Shown one piece after another: positions 27,163 to 40,639 of a stretch of DNA of 64,000 nt. The translations under genes and the position numbers were made by a program. Numbering within the stretch: the first letter of the stretch is position 1; every line of letters starts with the position of its first letter. The DNA lies in contig OX597833.1 of assembly GCA_951406725.2 (NCBI GenBank), forward strand, positions 39,184,001-39,248,000, read 5' to 3'. The notes below the pieces were generated by a model. That model was not told the origin of the DNA. It ran no database searches and saw nothing but the letters and a program-made list of their open reading frames with translations. The DNA comes from Octopus vulgaris (lineage: Eukaryota).

Positions 27163-27689
27163 CTTACACTACTTGTAAATATGTGCCCTCAGCCAGGTGA
27201 ACCTGTTCCATCCATTGGGACCAAGCTACCCTGGCTACTGGTATAAAACAACACATATCTGTAAACTACACTACACTGTGTACACATGCCCATAGCCAGA
27301 TGAAGTTATTCAACAAACTCTGACTAAATTGCCCCTGGCTACAGATGTAACACAGCAGTAGTGGTAATCCATGGCTCACTAATGCCATAATTATTGTTAC
27401 TGTTATAATTATTTAGCTCCAAGTAAGTGCTGATTGAGGAGATGTCTAATCAAAGTCATTCTAGATATGACTGTCCTGCTTGAAACCTGACAAAGAATAT
27501 CCAAAGCTGCATATTCTATTTTGTCCTTCATATTTTAGGGGGAAAAGGACTGATTGATTTGGAGTTTTTGGTGGCTATTTCTAACATCTCACAAGACCAT
27601 GTAGTATAGGTAGTAGTAGTAGTAGTAGTAGTAAAGGTAATATCAATAACAGTAGCATCAGCAGCAGCAGTAGTAGTAGTAAAAAGGGG

Positions 27690-28356
27690 TAAAGTCCCCT
27701 TTGGACATGAATGACCATGGGACTGCACTTAGAATGTTCCCCTCTGAGGCACAAGTATGGGCAAGGTTGTTTTATGGAGGGCCAGCAATCACCCATGCAT
27801 ACCAGCCTCTCTTCTCCACATCACTGATGTTATCCAAGGGAAAATGCAAAGGCCAATACAGTTTGGCACCAGTGATGTTGCAACTCATTTCTACAGCTGA
27901 GTAGAACTGGAGCAATGTGAAATAAAGTGTCTTGCTGAAGAAGAGCACAACACACAACCTGGTCCAGGATTGAAGCTCACTACCTCATGATTAGTGGTGG
28001 AACATGGCCTAGTGGTTAGAGCAGTGGACTCGCAGTCAAGGGATCGCGGGTTCAAATCTCAGACCGGGTGATGTGTGTATTTATGAGCGAAACAACTAAG
28101 CTCCACGCGGATCCGGCAGAAGGTAATGGCGAACTTCTGCTGCCTCTTTTGCCACAACTTTCTCTCACTCTTTCCTCCTACATCTTGCAGCTCACCTGCG
28201 ATGGACTGGCATCCCATCTAGGTGGGGAACCTATATGCCATGGAAACCAGGAAACTGGCCCTTATGAGCCAGGTATGGCTTGAGAAGGAACAAACAAAAA
28301 AAAAAACCTCATGATTATGAACCTGATGTTCTAATCACTGAGCCATGCATCTTCAC
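27690..28356 (-). mobile_element. SINE family D interrupted by SINE family C
   Basis: Family D sequence stops at 27993 and resumes at 28306. Confidence 0.85.
27994..28305 (+). mobile_element. SINE family C with 12-bp TSD
   Basis: TSD acctcatgatta at 27982-27993 and 28306-28317. Confidence 0.92.
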
Positions 28357-29038
28357 AGAAGTAGCAGTAGTAGTATTGGTGGTGGTGGTGACAGTAGTAG
28401 TAGTTGTAGTGGTAGTAGTAGTGGTAGTAAAAGCAGTAGCAGCAGCAACAACAGAATTGCCGATTTACTATTGCTATGCTTTTTATTGTTGTTGTTGTTT
28501 TGCTCCAAGCATGTTCTAATAGTGCAGGCCCTTTTTATCAAAGTTATTCCAAACATGACCATCCTGTCTTTATTTATTTTTTTTAATTCAAAAATAGCAT
28601 ATCATTATCCTATGTTTCCATACTTTTCTTTTAAGGTGACAGGATGTAATCCAAATGCAAATATGACTGCTTTGCCTCATAGATCCACCCTAATTAACTC
28701 ATATAATAATTATTCTTATAATTACTAACACCTGCTTTCGATACTATTTCGAATGTTATTATTGTTATTGTTGTTGTTGAGGTAATATATGGCTGATCTG
28801 ATTATTACCTTGTTATTGCTAATGTTACTGCACACCTGCTCCACGATACCTTGACCCCCACATCCCCAACTACTTACACTGCCATTTATCTTCAAATATG
28901 ACATCCTGTCAGTTACCTGTGATTTAAAATTTCCTAAAATGTCCACCGGAAATACATTCATTGGTTATTGCTTGAAAGGCCAGAAGAATGGTGCTGTTTG
29001 AGAGGCCAGCTGTTTTATCTTCTATCACTGTATGAATG

Positions 29039-29349
29039 GGAGGCACATGGCCTAGTGGTTAGAGCAGCGAACTCGCAGTTGAGGGATCGTGAGTTCGAAT
29101 TTCAGACCAGGCAATGTGTGTGTTTATGAGCGAAACACCTAAGCTCCACGCGGCTCCGGCACAAGGTAATGGCTAAACTTCTGCTGACTCTTTTGCCACA
29201 ACTTTCTCTCACTCTTTCCTCTTGTATCTTGCAGCTCACCTGCGATGGACCGGCATCCAATCCAGGTGGAGAACCTATATGCCAAGGAAACCGGGAAATC
29301 GGCCATGATGAGCCAAGCATGGCTTGATAAGGAACAAACAAAAACAACA
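29039..29349 (+). mobile_element. SINE family C with 12-bp TSD
   Basis: TSD actgtatgaatg at 29027-29038 and 29350-29361; tRNA-like head tggcctagtggttagagc...gagttcgaat. Confidence 0.92.
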
Positions 29350-29830
29350 ACTGTATGAATGCAAGAGAATGTGGGTTCAGCAGTTTGGCTGTATGATGGT
29401 ATGGTAGTATGACAGTATGGCAGTAAGTCTTTTACTGTTTTATGGCAATTCAAAGCTACTTTAAGGATCAGTGATATTCTAAAGTTCAAGATTTCTTTTC
29501 ATTCTATTACCAAAGATTACACCACACATGCAATGCATATACATATTATATGTGTATGCACATACATCTACACACACATAACACTCACTTTTATGTGTGT
29601 GTGTGTGTGTGTGTGTGTATTATGAGCATGATCATGATCATTATCATTATCATTTAACGTCTGTTTTCTATGCTGGCATGGGTTAGTTGGATTGACCAGA
29701 GCTGGCAAGCAGAAGAACTACACCAGGTTCCACTTTGATTTGGATTGATTTCTATGGCTGGATGCCCTTCCTAACACCAATACACAGACACACTCACACA
29801 CACACACACACACACACACACGCGCGCGCG

Positions 29831-29864
<34 letters not shown>

Positions 29865-30012
29865 CATTAAAAAATTTTTGCTATTTCAGCATACATTTTT
29901 CAGTTTGAAAACGGCTTTTTGAAGCTTAAAACTCATTCACTGTAAACATTATTATTAAAGTAAAAATTATCCCCACTAAAAGCCATCTCTACTCATTTTT
30001 CAAATATAATAC

Positions 30013-30187
30013 TGATGATGATGATGATGATGGCGACAGCGACTAAGACAATGATATTGATGATGATGATGATGAGGATAACAACAACAACAATGAAAAT
30101 GATGACGATGATGATGATGAGGACAATGACAACAATGACAATGATGATGACGATGATGACGATGATAATGATGATAATGATGATAAC

Positions 30188-30222
<35 letters not shown>

Positions 30223-30280
30223 CAATGATGATGATGATGATGATAACGATGATGATGATAACGATGATGATGATGATTTA
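30013..30280. repeat. (GAT)n tract
   Basis: Direct inspection. Confidence 0.95.
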
Positions 30281-30884
30281 TGATGAACACATTTTTGTTC
30301 AGTATGTTCAATATTAGAATGGATTTTCTAAATTTTAAATTATTTCTTTAAAAATCTGCTGTGAACCATTTGAGAATCACTGGTCTTTTACACTCTCACA
30401 CTCGACAGTCTACACGAGCACAAAGTCTTGTATTTCCTTAACAAATTAGGTTATTAGTTTCCTCTTAGTTCATTGTTAAGCAAACTTTAAACAAATTTCA
30501 TATTCTATATGTGAGAGATATAAAAGTAAGAATTAGATTTGACAATTTGACTGTAAAAATAAAAGAGTACAAAGCATAAAAAAGGTCATGGCTGCATGGT
30601 AAGAAGCTTGCTTTCCAACCACATGGTTCAGGTTCAGTCCCACTATGTGGCACCTTGGGCAATTGTCTTCTGGGAGAGTCTCAACGTGACCAAAATCTTG
30701 TAAATGGAATTGGCAGGTGGAAACTGAAGGAAGCCTGTTGTGTATATATTTATATGTGTGTGTGTTTGTCCCTCACCACTGCTTGATAACTGATGTTGGT
30801 GTGTTTATGTCCCCATAACTTAGCAATTTGGCAAAAGAGTCCAATAAAATAAGCAGCAAGCTTATATATATAAAAACAAACAAA

Positions 30885-31497
30885 ACTAGAAAAGCACTCG
30901 GAGAGTGCAGACCTCTGCCAAGTAGCTCATTTCTGCCCATATACATGCATGCTGAAAATTGTCCAATTTCCCAAACCAACCCCAGCAAAAACATAACCTC
31001 CTTGGCAGGAGTAAAAAAAAAATAACACAGCTATGTGATTTAAAAAAACCCTTTGGAAACAGGATTCATCTGAAGCAGTTATAATACATCAATGACAATG
31101 GCAAGCTCTGCAGACCTTCGCCAAGCAGCTCATTTTAAGATAGATACGCGAGTAAAATTACTAATAGAGAAAGAAATGAAAATAAACTTTAGAAACAGCA
31201 ATGCTACCATAGGTTACGTGGAAATGATGAACGTGTTTTCAAGGGAGATAATCAAAGAATGTAACATTGTAATACTACATGTAAAGTAAATATAACAAAT
31301 GAAAAATCTTTCAAAAAGCCATAAAATGTTCCAGATCACTACTAAAATTTCATCATCTATTCCTTATGTTATTACCAACTTTTCCTGCAAGTTTCATGAA
31401 ATACCATTCACGACTTTTTGTGTTATTTTGCACACAGACGGACAGATAGACAAACCAACACTGATGGAAACATAACCTCCTTCCTTGGCGGAGGTAA
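30885..31497 (+). mobile_element. Helentron-associated (HINE/DINE-1-like) non-autonomous element, two tandem units, inside a SINE A
   Basis: Subterminal inverted repeats acctctgccaag (30911) and accttcgccaag (31114) versus cttggcggaggt (31484); terminal hairpin acctcc..ggaggt; (GACA)n; A-rich flanks. Confidence 0.65.
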
Positions 31498-31603
31498 AAA
31501 GTACTGGAGTTAATTCATTTGACTAAAATTTCTTTAAGGCAATGCTCCAGCATGGCTACAATCTAATGACTGAAACAAGTAAAAAGATAAAGATAAAAAT
31601 GAC

Positions 31604-32000
31604 TGGTGTAGGAGTGGCTGAGTGGTAAGTAGCTTGCTAACCAACCACATGGTTCCAGATTTAGTCCCACTGCATGGCACCTTGGGCAAGTGTCTTCTAC
31701 TATAGCCTCGGGCTGACCAAAGCCTTGTGAGTGGATTTGGTAGAGGGAAACTGAAAGAAGCCTGTCATATATATCTATATGTATGTATATATGTGTGTGT
31801 TTGTATGTCTGTTTTTGTCCCCCCAACATCGCTTGACAACCGATGCTGGTGTGCTTAGCAGTTCGGCAAAAGAGACTGATAAAATAAGTACTAGGCTTAC
31901 AAAAAATAAGTCCTAGGGTCGATTTGCTTGATCGACTAAAGGCAGTGCTCCAGCATAGCCACAGTCAAATGACTAAAACAAGTAAAAGAGTAAAAGAGTA
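31604..32000 (+). mobile_element. SINE family A, full length
   Basis: Complete head, internal microsatellite and (agtaaaag)n tail. Confidence 0.9.
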
Positions 32001-32967
32001 GGAGACAGAGGTTTTGTTTTAATGTACCATCTATTTTCAGCTGGATTCATTGGACAACATTTATGAGAAAACTATTGCTACTAAACAACTCTTTTCTAGT
32101 TAAAATTTTATTGCTAACAAGATATTTTCATCAGCAGAAATAAGTTTAGTGTTAACACTAGGTAAATACATCATCATTGCTGTGCTCACCATTATTAGTG
32201 AAGGCCACTTAGTGCATTGAATAAAATGAAGTAGGATAAAATATAATAAAATAAGAAAGAGAAAAGTTCTATTGTCAACAAATTTCTAGAAAATTTCCAT
32301 CCAAAAATCAACAAATTTATTCAATTTCTTTTCCCTATGAAATACAACAGAGAAGGAGAAACATTTGAAAGGAACCAAATGGAATTAGAGAATTTTGCCA
32401 AGGGGCAATATTGGATTGGGGAATGAGTAAGTCACTTCAAGTTAACTCAAGCGCTCGTAATTGATTGCAGTTCTCCTCCTCTCAACCCACACTTAGCTTC
32501 CAACCGCACCACACCACCCCTGCATGCCACGCCATGCCATGCCATACACCGTCTCTCCTTTTCTTTCGAGCCAACACTTACATTCCCTTTCTCTCCTTCT
32601 CTCCACCATCACCACCACCACCACAACCACCACCACCACCACCTGACTAACAGCACTCTATTCTGCAATATTTTGTTTATATTGTCCCTTAAGAACAAAA
32701 TAAAAAAATACAACAGAACAAACAGAAACAAAATAAAATGTGTACACAAAAGCCAAACAAAAACAAAATGATAATTAACAATAATAATAATAATAATAAT
32801 AATAATAATCTTTACATATATATATGCAAACATTTATAATATATATATGCATATATATATATACATGTACACATGCACACACACACACACATACGTACAT
32901 ACACACTCACATACATAAATGTATATATGTGATTGTGCATGTGCGTATGTATATATATATATATGTT

Positions 32968-32999
<32 letters not shown>

Positions 33000-33487
33000 C
33001 ATATATGTACATATGCATATACATACACACATGCATACATGCATACACACATGTTATGTATACACATGCAAAAGAGAATATAATACCAATGAATACAAAT
33101 AAGAATAAGAAATATATATATAAAAAAAAGATGACAAAAATTTAAAAATAAAATTACTAAAAAAGAATACAGAGAAGAAACAGGAAGAAATATTCCTGAT
33201 AATCTGGTGGTGGTGGTGGAGGAGGGGGATATGAGGGTGAAAACAAATAAGGACACAGAGAGAGTGGCAAATTCATGTTCTTCTGGAAGAGTAGGACACA
33301 CTTTGCCATCAGCTAAAATATGGTGCCGCAAGGGTTCAAGAAAATGGGATTTACATTTCAAGGAATTTTTACCTATTACAACAGATACTCCAAGAATAGC
33401 TACTCATATATATAAATATATATATATATATTCTGTATGAATTGCTATTTATATGCATACACACACACACACATACACACACACACA

Positions 33488-33549
<62 letters not shown>

Positions 33550-33662
33550 CATATATGTATATATATATACATATTCATATATATGTATACATACATACAT
33601 ACATGTATATTTATATATGTGTATATATATATATAAATATATATATATACACACGTATACAT

Positions 33663-33713
<51 letters not shown>

Positions 33714-33720
33714 TATATAC

Positions 33721-34130
33721 TCTCTTTTTCTCTCTTTTACTTGTTTCAGTCATTTGACTGCGGCCATGCTGGAGCACTGCCTTTAATCGAGCAACTCGAC
33801 CCCGGGACTTATTCTTTTTGTAAGCTCAGTACTTATTCTATTGGTCTCTTTTTGCCGAACCACTAAGTAACGGGGACATAAACACACCAGCATCGGTTGT
33901 CAAGCAATGCTAGGGGGACAAACACAGACACACAAACACACACACGCGTATATATATACATATATACGACGGGCTTCTTTCAGTTTCCGTCTACCAAATC
34001 CACTCACAAGGCTTTGGTCGGCCCGAAGCTATAGCAGAAGACACTTGCCCAAGGTGCCACGCAGTGGGACTGAACCCGGAACCATGTGGTTGCTTAGCAA
34101 GCTACTTACCACACAGCCACTCCTGCGCCT
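33721..34130 (-). mobile_element. SINE family A, full length, CpG-rich (young)
   Basis: Near-consensus copy. Confidence 0.92.
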
Positions 34131-34247
34131 ATATATATATATATATATAACGGGAAGCTTTATGAAAATAGACAAAAGACGAAGGCAGGTGGAAAACAAA
34201 CAAACAATTGTATTAGTATGGCGCTCAGGAAATATAAATAAAACAAG

Positions 34248-34285
34248 TCTTTAACGTTTCGAGCCTACGCTCTTCAACAGAAAGA
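34248..34285 (-). ncRNA. Minimal hammerhead motif with CUGUUGA core in the Penelope pLTR
   Basis: tcttt-CTGTTGA-a-gagc-gtag-gctc-GAAAC-GTT-aaaga. Confidence 0.7.
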
Positions 34286-34884
34286 TACACAGAGAAAAAA
34301 ACACAGAAAGAAGGAGAGAAAAAAATGCGTGCAGTAACTAACGAATCAACATGGCGATCTGATTTCGGCCAGAAGTCAAAGATCAAACATGAGACGCGAG
34401 AGCGAAATTAGGGGAGATAATAGGGTTGAATGACCTACTCCAACATAAGGGTGTGTGTGTGTGTGTGCGTGTATGAGAAAGTATTAGTGCGTATGAGAGG
34501 TCTGGACGTGTGTATGTATAGGGTTGGTGTATGTATTAGTATGTATTAGTATGTATTAGTTGGTGTATGTATTAGTATGGCACATCATATATGATGTGAT
34601 GTGTAAAGTCGTGTGGTGTAGTGTGGAGAGAGGAGAAGAGGGGAGGGGAGGGGAAAGGGGAGGGGGAGAGGGTGAGGAGGGGTGAGGAGGGGGAGAAGGA
34701 AGGGGGAAGGAGGAAAGAGGGAGAGGGGGAGAGGGGAGAGAGAAGGGGAGTGAGAGAGAGAAGGGGAGTGAGGGAGCAGAGGGAAGGGGAAGAGGGAAGG
34801 AGGGAGGGAGAAAGAGGGAAGAAGGGAAGGGGAGTAGGGGTGAAAGGATGAAGGACTGAAGAGAAGTAGGGGTCGGTGGGGAGG

Positions 34885-35950
34885 TTAGATGAGGAGGGGG
34901 AGAGGGGAGTTAGATGAGGAGGGGGGAGAGTTGAGACCAAATGGCGTATAAGAGCGAAGAGAGAAGATTAATTCCTGTTCACGGCGCAAACGGAAATCTG
35001 GATGGCCTCTGTGTAAGGACAAACCGAACACAGACAGGTGTTGCAAGGAGTGACCGGTGGAGCGGAAATGGCGTGAGACCAGTGTGTCGTTCGCAAGGTG
35101 GATGTCACGAAGGTGTTCCGCGAACCGGTCAGCCAAGCGGTGTCCCGTTTGTCCGATGTACAAGGAATGGCAGAGAGAGCAAGAGACGCAATAGATAATA
35201 TTGCTGGAGGTGCAGGTGAAGGAGTTGATGATGCGATAGGGTCGATGATGGGTGCTAGTGAGGAGGGTGGTGTTGGAGAGGTAAGGGCAAGTGCGGCAAC
35301 GTGGGCGGGAGCAGGGGAACGAGCCGGGTTGGGAGGTAGGGTCAGGGAAGGAGCTATGGACCAAAAGGTCTCGAAGGTTGTGGGCTCGTTTGAAAGAGGG
35401 GAGTGGTCGGTTAGGGAAGAGGTGTGAAGTGGACGGGTCGGACTGGAGATGACGGAAAGCCCGAAGAATGGTGCATTGGAGAGGTAGGGTCGTGGGGTGG
35501 TAAGTGAGGGGAAAAGGAAGGCGGGAGACTACAGGGCGGGTTCGGGGAGAGAGAGCAGATACACGGTCCACGGACCGTGCTCTGGCAAGGGCGGTGTGGA
35601 TAGTAGTGAGGGGGTATCCACGTAGGGTGAAGTGGTGAGCCATACGTTGAGACTGAGTCTCAAAGTCATGGTCGTCACTACAGAGCCTACATAGACGGAG
35701 GAATTGGGAATAGGGGATGGAAAGCTTGGTGTGTTCTGGGTGGGAGGAAGAGAAGTTGAGGTATGAGTGTGAGTCTGTGTGTTTGTAGTGAATGGAGGTG
35801 GTAAGAGTGGAGTGAAGAATGCTAACCGAAATGTCGAGGAAGGAGACAGAGGTGTTGGAGATAGTGGAAGTGAAGTGGAGGGCTGGATGGAAAGATTGGA
35901 TGAAAGAGAGGAAGGAATCTAGATGTTCACGGGAGAGTAAGGTGGCACCG

Positions 35951-35955
<5 letters not shown>
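34885..35955 (-). CDS. Partial Penelope-like polyprotein: RT C-terminus/thumb, Cys linker and GIY-YIG endonuclease
   Basis: Frame is open upstream of the annotated ATG: IIGATLLSREHL...FHPALHFT...SFLDI...YKHTDSHSYLNFSSSHPEHTKLSIPYSQFLRL...CSRPRCRTC...NIIYCVSCSLCHSLYIGQT...RFAEH...PFGLN. Confidence 0.88.
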
Positions 35956-36000
<45 letters not shown>

Positions 36001-36173
36001 ATTATATATTCAAATATGGACAAACACACGCACATGCACACACACACACACACACATATACATACACATTTATATATATGTATGATTATATATGTACATA
36101 AATACACACCACACACAAACACATACATATACAAACGCACACACACATATGTAAATATGTATATATATGTAAG

Positions 36174-36243
<70 letters not shown>

Positions 36244-36279
36244 TACATATATATATATGTAAGTAGTTGTGGCCAATGC

Positions 36280-36510
36280 CGGTGTCAAGTCAATGGTACC
36301 TGTGATGGTGGCATGTAAAAAGCATGCGCTACATTCTTGGAGTGGTTGGCAGTAGGAAGGGCATCAAGCTATAGAAACCTTGCCAAATCAGATTGGAACC
36401 TGGTGCAGCTCTCTAGCTTACCAGTTTTCAGTCAAACTGTCCAACCCATGCCAGCATGGAAAGCAGATATTGGGCAATGATGATGATGATGATGATAATG
36501 ATGATGATGA
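36280..36510 (+). mobile_element. SINE family E with (GAT)n tail
   Basis: ggcagtaggaagggcatcaagct...tccaacccatgccagcatggaaagcag. Confidence 0.8.
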
Positions 36511-36942
36511 CATATGTCTCTTTTGCTAAACCTCTGGGTTACAGGGATATAAACACACCAACGCTGGTTACCAAGAAGTCGTCGGGGACAAACATAAACA
36601 CAAAGACTCACACACTCTTTCTCCCTCTCTCTCACACACTCTTTCTCCCTCTCTCTCACACACACACACAAAGACACACATATACGACAAGCTTCTTTCA
36701 GTTTCTGTCAACTAAATCCATACATAAGGGTTTGGTTGAATCAAGCTATAGTAGAAGACACTCACCCAATGTTCCACACACAGTGGAATTGAACCAAGAA
36801 CCATGTGGCTGGGAACCAAACTCCTTTCCACACAGCCACACCTGCACCTATGTATATATTTGATGGGTTTTCTTGTCATAAATGACAGCCAAGGGCTCTG
36901 CAATTTCTTGTTGAACAATCTACACAAGTGATTTCTCAATAA

Positions 36943-37298
36943 CAGTGGCTCACAACCAATTGTTATCTTTGGACCCCTTTATTCTTTTACTTGTTTCAGT
37001 CATTAGACTGTGGCCATGCTGGAGCACTGCCTTTAGTCGAATCAATTCGACCCCAGGACTTATTCTTTGTAAGCCTAGTACTTTAGGGACCTAAACATCA
37101 GTTGTCAAGCGACGTTAGGGGGATAAACATAGACACACAAACATATACACACACATACATACATATCATCCAGCCGTAGAAACACTGCCAGATTTGACTG
37201 GGCCTGATGAAGCCTTCTGGCTTCACAGACCCCAGTAGAACCGTCCAACCCATGCTAGCATGGAAAACGGACGCTAAACGACGATGATGATGATGATG

Positions 37299-37329
<31 letters not shown>

Positions 37330-38208
37330 TACGACAGGCTTCTTCCAGTTTCCGTCTACCAAATCCACTCACAAGGCTTTGGTCGGCCTGAGGCTATAGT
37401 AGAAGACACTTGCCCAAGGTGTCACCCAGTGGGACTAAACCTGAAACCATGTGGTTTGTAAGCAAGCTACTTACCACACAGCCACTCCTGCGCCTCTGTT
37501 TACAACTTTATTCTGCTGGACCTCAATGGCCATTTGATGTATAAAAACTATTTTTATAGCTACTTTTTTCAGAATTCCTATTTTGTTTTTCACCCATTCA
37601 CTTGTATAGATTGAACTATGTAAAATGTTCGAGAAAGAAACATAGCCGTTTCATTGCAATACATACATTTAGCATTGTAGTATTTAAACCAGCCATATCA
37701 GGCCAAAATATCTTAGCTGTTTTATGTACAAATTAGCCAGATCGGGTCTCTCTCACATAACTTGCAACGTCATTGAAATCTCAAAGTTACAAGATTATGC
37801 ATGATTAGTTCAAAATAATGTGACTAAATGAATAAATAAACATTACATTTGACTGAACCCTTTAGTGTTCACATTATTCTGCCAAAGTTAATGCTTTTTT
37901 ATCCTCATTGCTTTGAACTAATCATGCATTATCTCGTAGTTATGAGATTTTGATGAGTTAGCTATTAATTTTTAAGGTGATATTGTAGGGTTGGTGTGAG
38001 AGACCAGATATGGCCAGTTTGAACATGAAACAAGCAGAATACTTTGGGCCGGATATGGCCGGTTTAAATGCTAAAGGGTTAATTGGAACGCTAACGAGTA
38101 ATCTCAAAACTGTTCATGGACCCTTAAAATACTAAAGTGGATGCCCAATTTATTATTTTGCTAATGTGGACCACCAGGGGTCAGATGGACTCCAGCTGAT
38201 AACTACTG
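36943..38208. mobile_element. Old hAT-like MITE containing nested SINE A (36980-37495, itself holding a SINE E tail at 37165-37300) and two piggyBac-type MITEs
   Basis: Ends cagtggctcacaacc / agctgataactactg; similar end at 63943; TSD not conserved. Confidence 0.5.
37858..38078. mobile_element. piggyBac-type MITE
   Basis: tgaa|ccctttag...ctaaaggg|ttaa. Confidence 0.8.
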
Positions 38209-38569
38209 GTTGATAGTGATCAAATGTCTGTACAGTACATTGTCTCTGTTTGTTAAGTGGGCATTGGCTGTACAGGTGCATGGCTTGTCATACGTTAAAC
38301 ATTGAAGTGATCACAGAGTAATGTAGAACGATGGGGGTTTTTGCCCATGAGCACAACACACAGCCTGGTCTGGGAATTAAAGCCATTATCTTGTGATTGT
38401 AATGTGATTTCGAATATGTATATGTGTGTGTGTGTGTGTGTGTTTTTGTGTGCATGATTGTGTGTATGTGCACACGTGAATGTGTGTTTGTGTGTGCATA
38501 TGCATATGTGTGTATATATGTTTGTATGTATATATATGTAGATATATCTATCTGTATGTATGCATGCAT

Positions 38570-38691
38570 CAATCTCTCTCTCTATCTATCTTTCTATCTA
38601 TCTATCTATCTATCTATCAATCTATCTATCTATCTATCCAGCTATCTATCTATCTATCCAGCTATCTATCTATCTATCCATCTATCCATCC

Positions 38692-38753
<62 letters not shown>

Positions 38754-38755
38754 AG
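38570..38755. repeat. (TATC)n microsatellite
   Basis: Direct inspection. Confidence 0.95.
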
Positions 38756-38815
38756 ATTATGTACATTTATGTGTTTGTGTGTGCGTATGTATGTTTGTAT
38801 GTATATATGTATGCA

Positions 38816-38846
<31 letters not shown>

Positions 38847-40206
38847 GAATGAATGTGTGTGCATGAATACAAAAAGAAAAAGAAAAGCACGTACACACAC
38901 ACACGCACACACACATACACGCACACACATACACTCACACACACATTGAGATACACAGCAATACACAAAAACCTACCTAAAGACACACAAATACTCGGCA
39001 AACAGTTGTATCAGGAAATCATTGAAAAGGTTGCAGCTGTGCGATGGAAGACTTTGACAAACCAATTAGTAAATTAATTAACTAATGAATTAATAATGAA
39101 AAAGAGAACTACAATCAGTGCATATGTTTTCACTGGCAGAATGATCTTTCACAAGCACCAAAACCTGTTCAACTTATGACATTATATTCAGAATCTTGCT
39201 AAATAAATATAAAATCTCTCTTTCTATCTCTCTCTCATTAAATCTTTTTCCTTCCTCCTCTCTCTCATATTTAAAAAAAAAAATACAACTAAATTTGCAA
39301 ATTGTTGAAACACAATAACTGATAGGTTAAGGTCATCGACAAAACTGCCATCTCTTGCACACTCCACTATCACCACCGCCACCATCACCACAACTACCAC
39401 CACCACCAAAATCTACCACCACTACCACCACCACTACCAACACCACCACTACCACCACTACCATCACCACCACTGCCACCATCACCACCACTGTTACCAT
39501 CACCACCACCACTACCACCACCACCACTACCACCACCACCACCAAAAACCACCACCACCGCCGACGACAACACTTATTGGTGCCGCCACCACCACCTTGC
39601 TGTCTTCATTTTGATGTCCATTTAACCATGCTTGCATAGGTCAGACTCTGAATGTGTTTTCATTTGCAGAGTGCTCTGCAGTCTGTTGAAGGCGAGCAAA
39701 CCAAAACTTCAAAGTCACTGTCAACCTTTGGCTTATAAAGGTTAATAAACTTATATGTAGATACACGACATGTAAGTGTACATACGTGTGTGTATGTATA
39801 TGTGTGTGTGTGTATATGTATGAGTGTGTGTGTGTGTGAGTGAATATCTATTATCTTTTGCTTGTTTCAGTCAGTAGACTGCAGCCATGCTGAGGTACCA
39901 TCATGGAAAATATTTGTTGAACAAATTGACCCCAGTATTTTTTAAAACCTGGTACTTATTCTATTAGTCTTTTTTGCCAAACCACAAAGTTATGGAGACA
40001 TTAACATGCACCAGCACCAGCTGTCAAGCATGGCAGGGGTGGGGACAAACACAGATACACACACACATTCTTTCAGTTTCTGTCTGTTGAATCCACTCAC
40101 AAGGCTTTACTTGGCCTGAGGCTATAGCAGGAGACATTTGCCCAAGGTGCTAAAGGGTGTATGTATGCTTGCATGTATGTATATATTTGTGTCAGTAGTG
40201 TAGCAG

Positions 40207-40265
<59 letters not shown>

Positions 40266-40332
40266 TTATCTATCTATTTATATACACACACACATATACA
40301 GACAAACATATATACATATAAATACATATACC

Positions 40333-40366
<34 letters not shown>

Positions 40367-40594
40367 CGTTTATATATGAACAAAATAAGAATAAACAAAA
40401 ACAAAAGCAAATTACACGAACGTAAATAAACAAGAGATACAAATATTACAGGCATTTCCCCTCACACACACACTAACTAAACATAGATGCACATAGAGAT
40501 ATACGCATGCACAAATGAAGACACATACAATAGAAATACAAAATGGCTGACGGTTATTAAGGAGAGACACGCAAATAAGAAAGAAGAAAGCAAA

Positions 40595-40639
40595 GGACCA
40601 CTGATGCGGTCACAGGAGTGTGACGAAAGAACTCTGGCC
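40595..40639 (+). ncRNA. Hammerhead-like motif with variant core CUGAUGC
   Basis: ggacca-CTGATGC-g-gtcaca-ggag-tgtgac-GAAAG-aa-CTC-tggcc. Confidence 0.5.

Larger units (their letters stand above)
34149..35955 (-). mobile_element. 5'-truncated Penelope-like retroelement (Neptune-like) with 3' pLTR
   Basis: RT thumb plus GIY-YIG ORF, CT-rich 3' spacer, pLTR with a hammerhead motif; (TA)n on both flanks. Confidence 0.92.

Noticed and set aside
28878-28916. Possible minus-strand micro-exon (VTDRMSYLKINGS or DVIFEDKWQ) with GTAAGT donor
   Set aside because: Too short to assign; no partner exons identified
29039-29112. tRNA-like sequences at SINE heads
   Set aside because: A/B boxes are present but continue into SINE bodies with TSDs; not tRNA genes
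32351-32433. Possible plus-strand exon (CAG ... GTAAGT)
   Set aside because: All three frames contain a stop; no recognisable protein
37200-37232. CTGATGA followed by hairpin gaagcc-ttct-ggcttc
   Set aside because: No GAAA or NUH; it is a mutated SINE E segment (other copies read cctggtgcagc)
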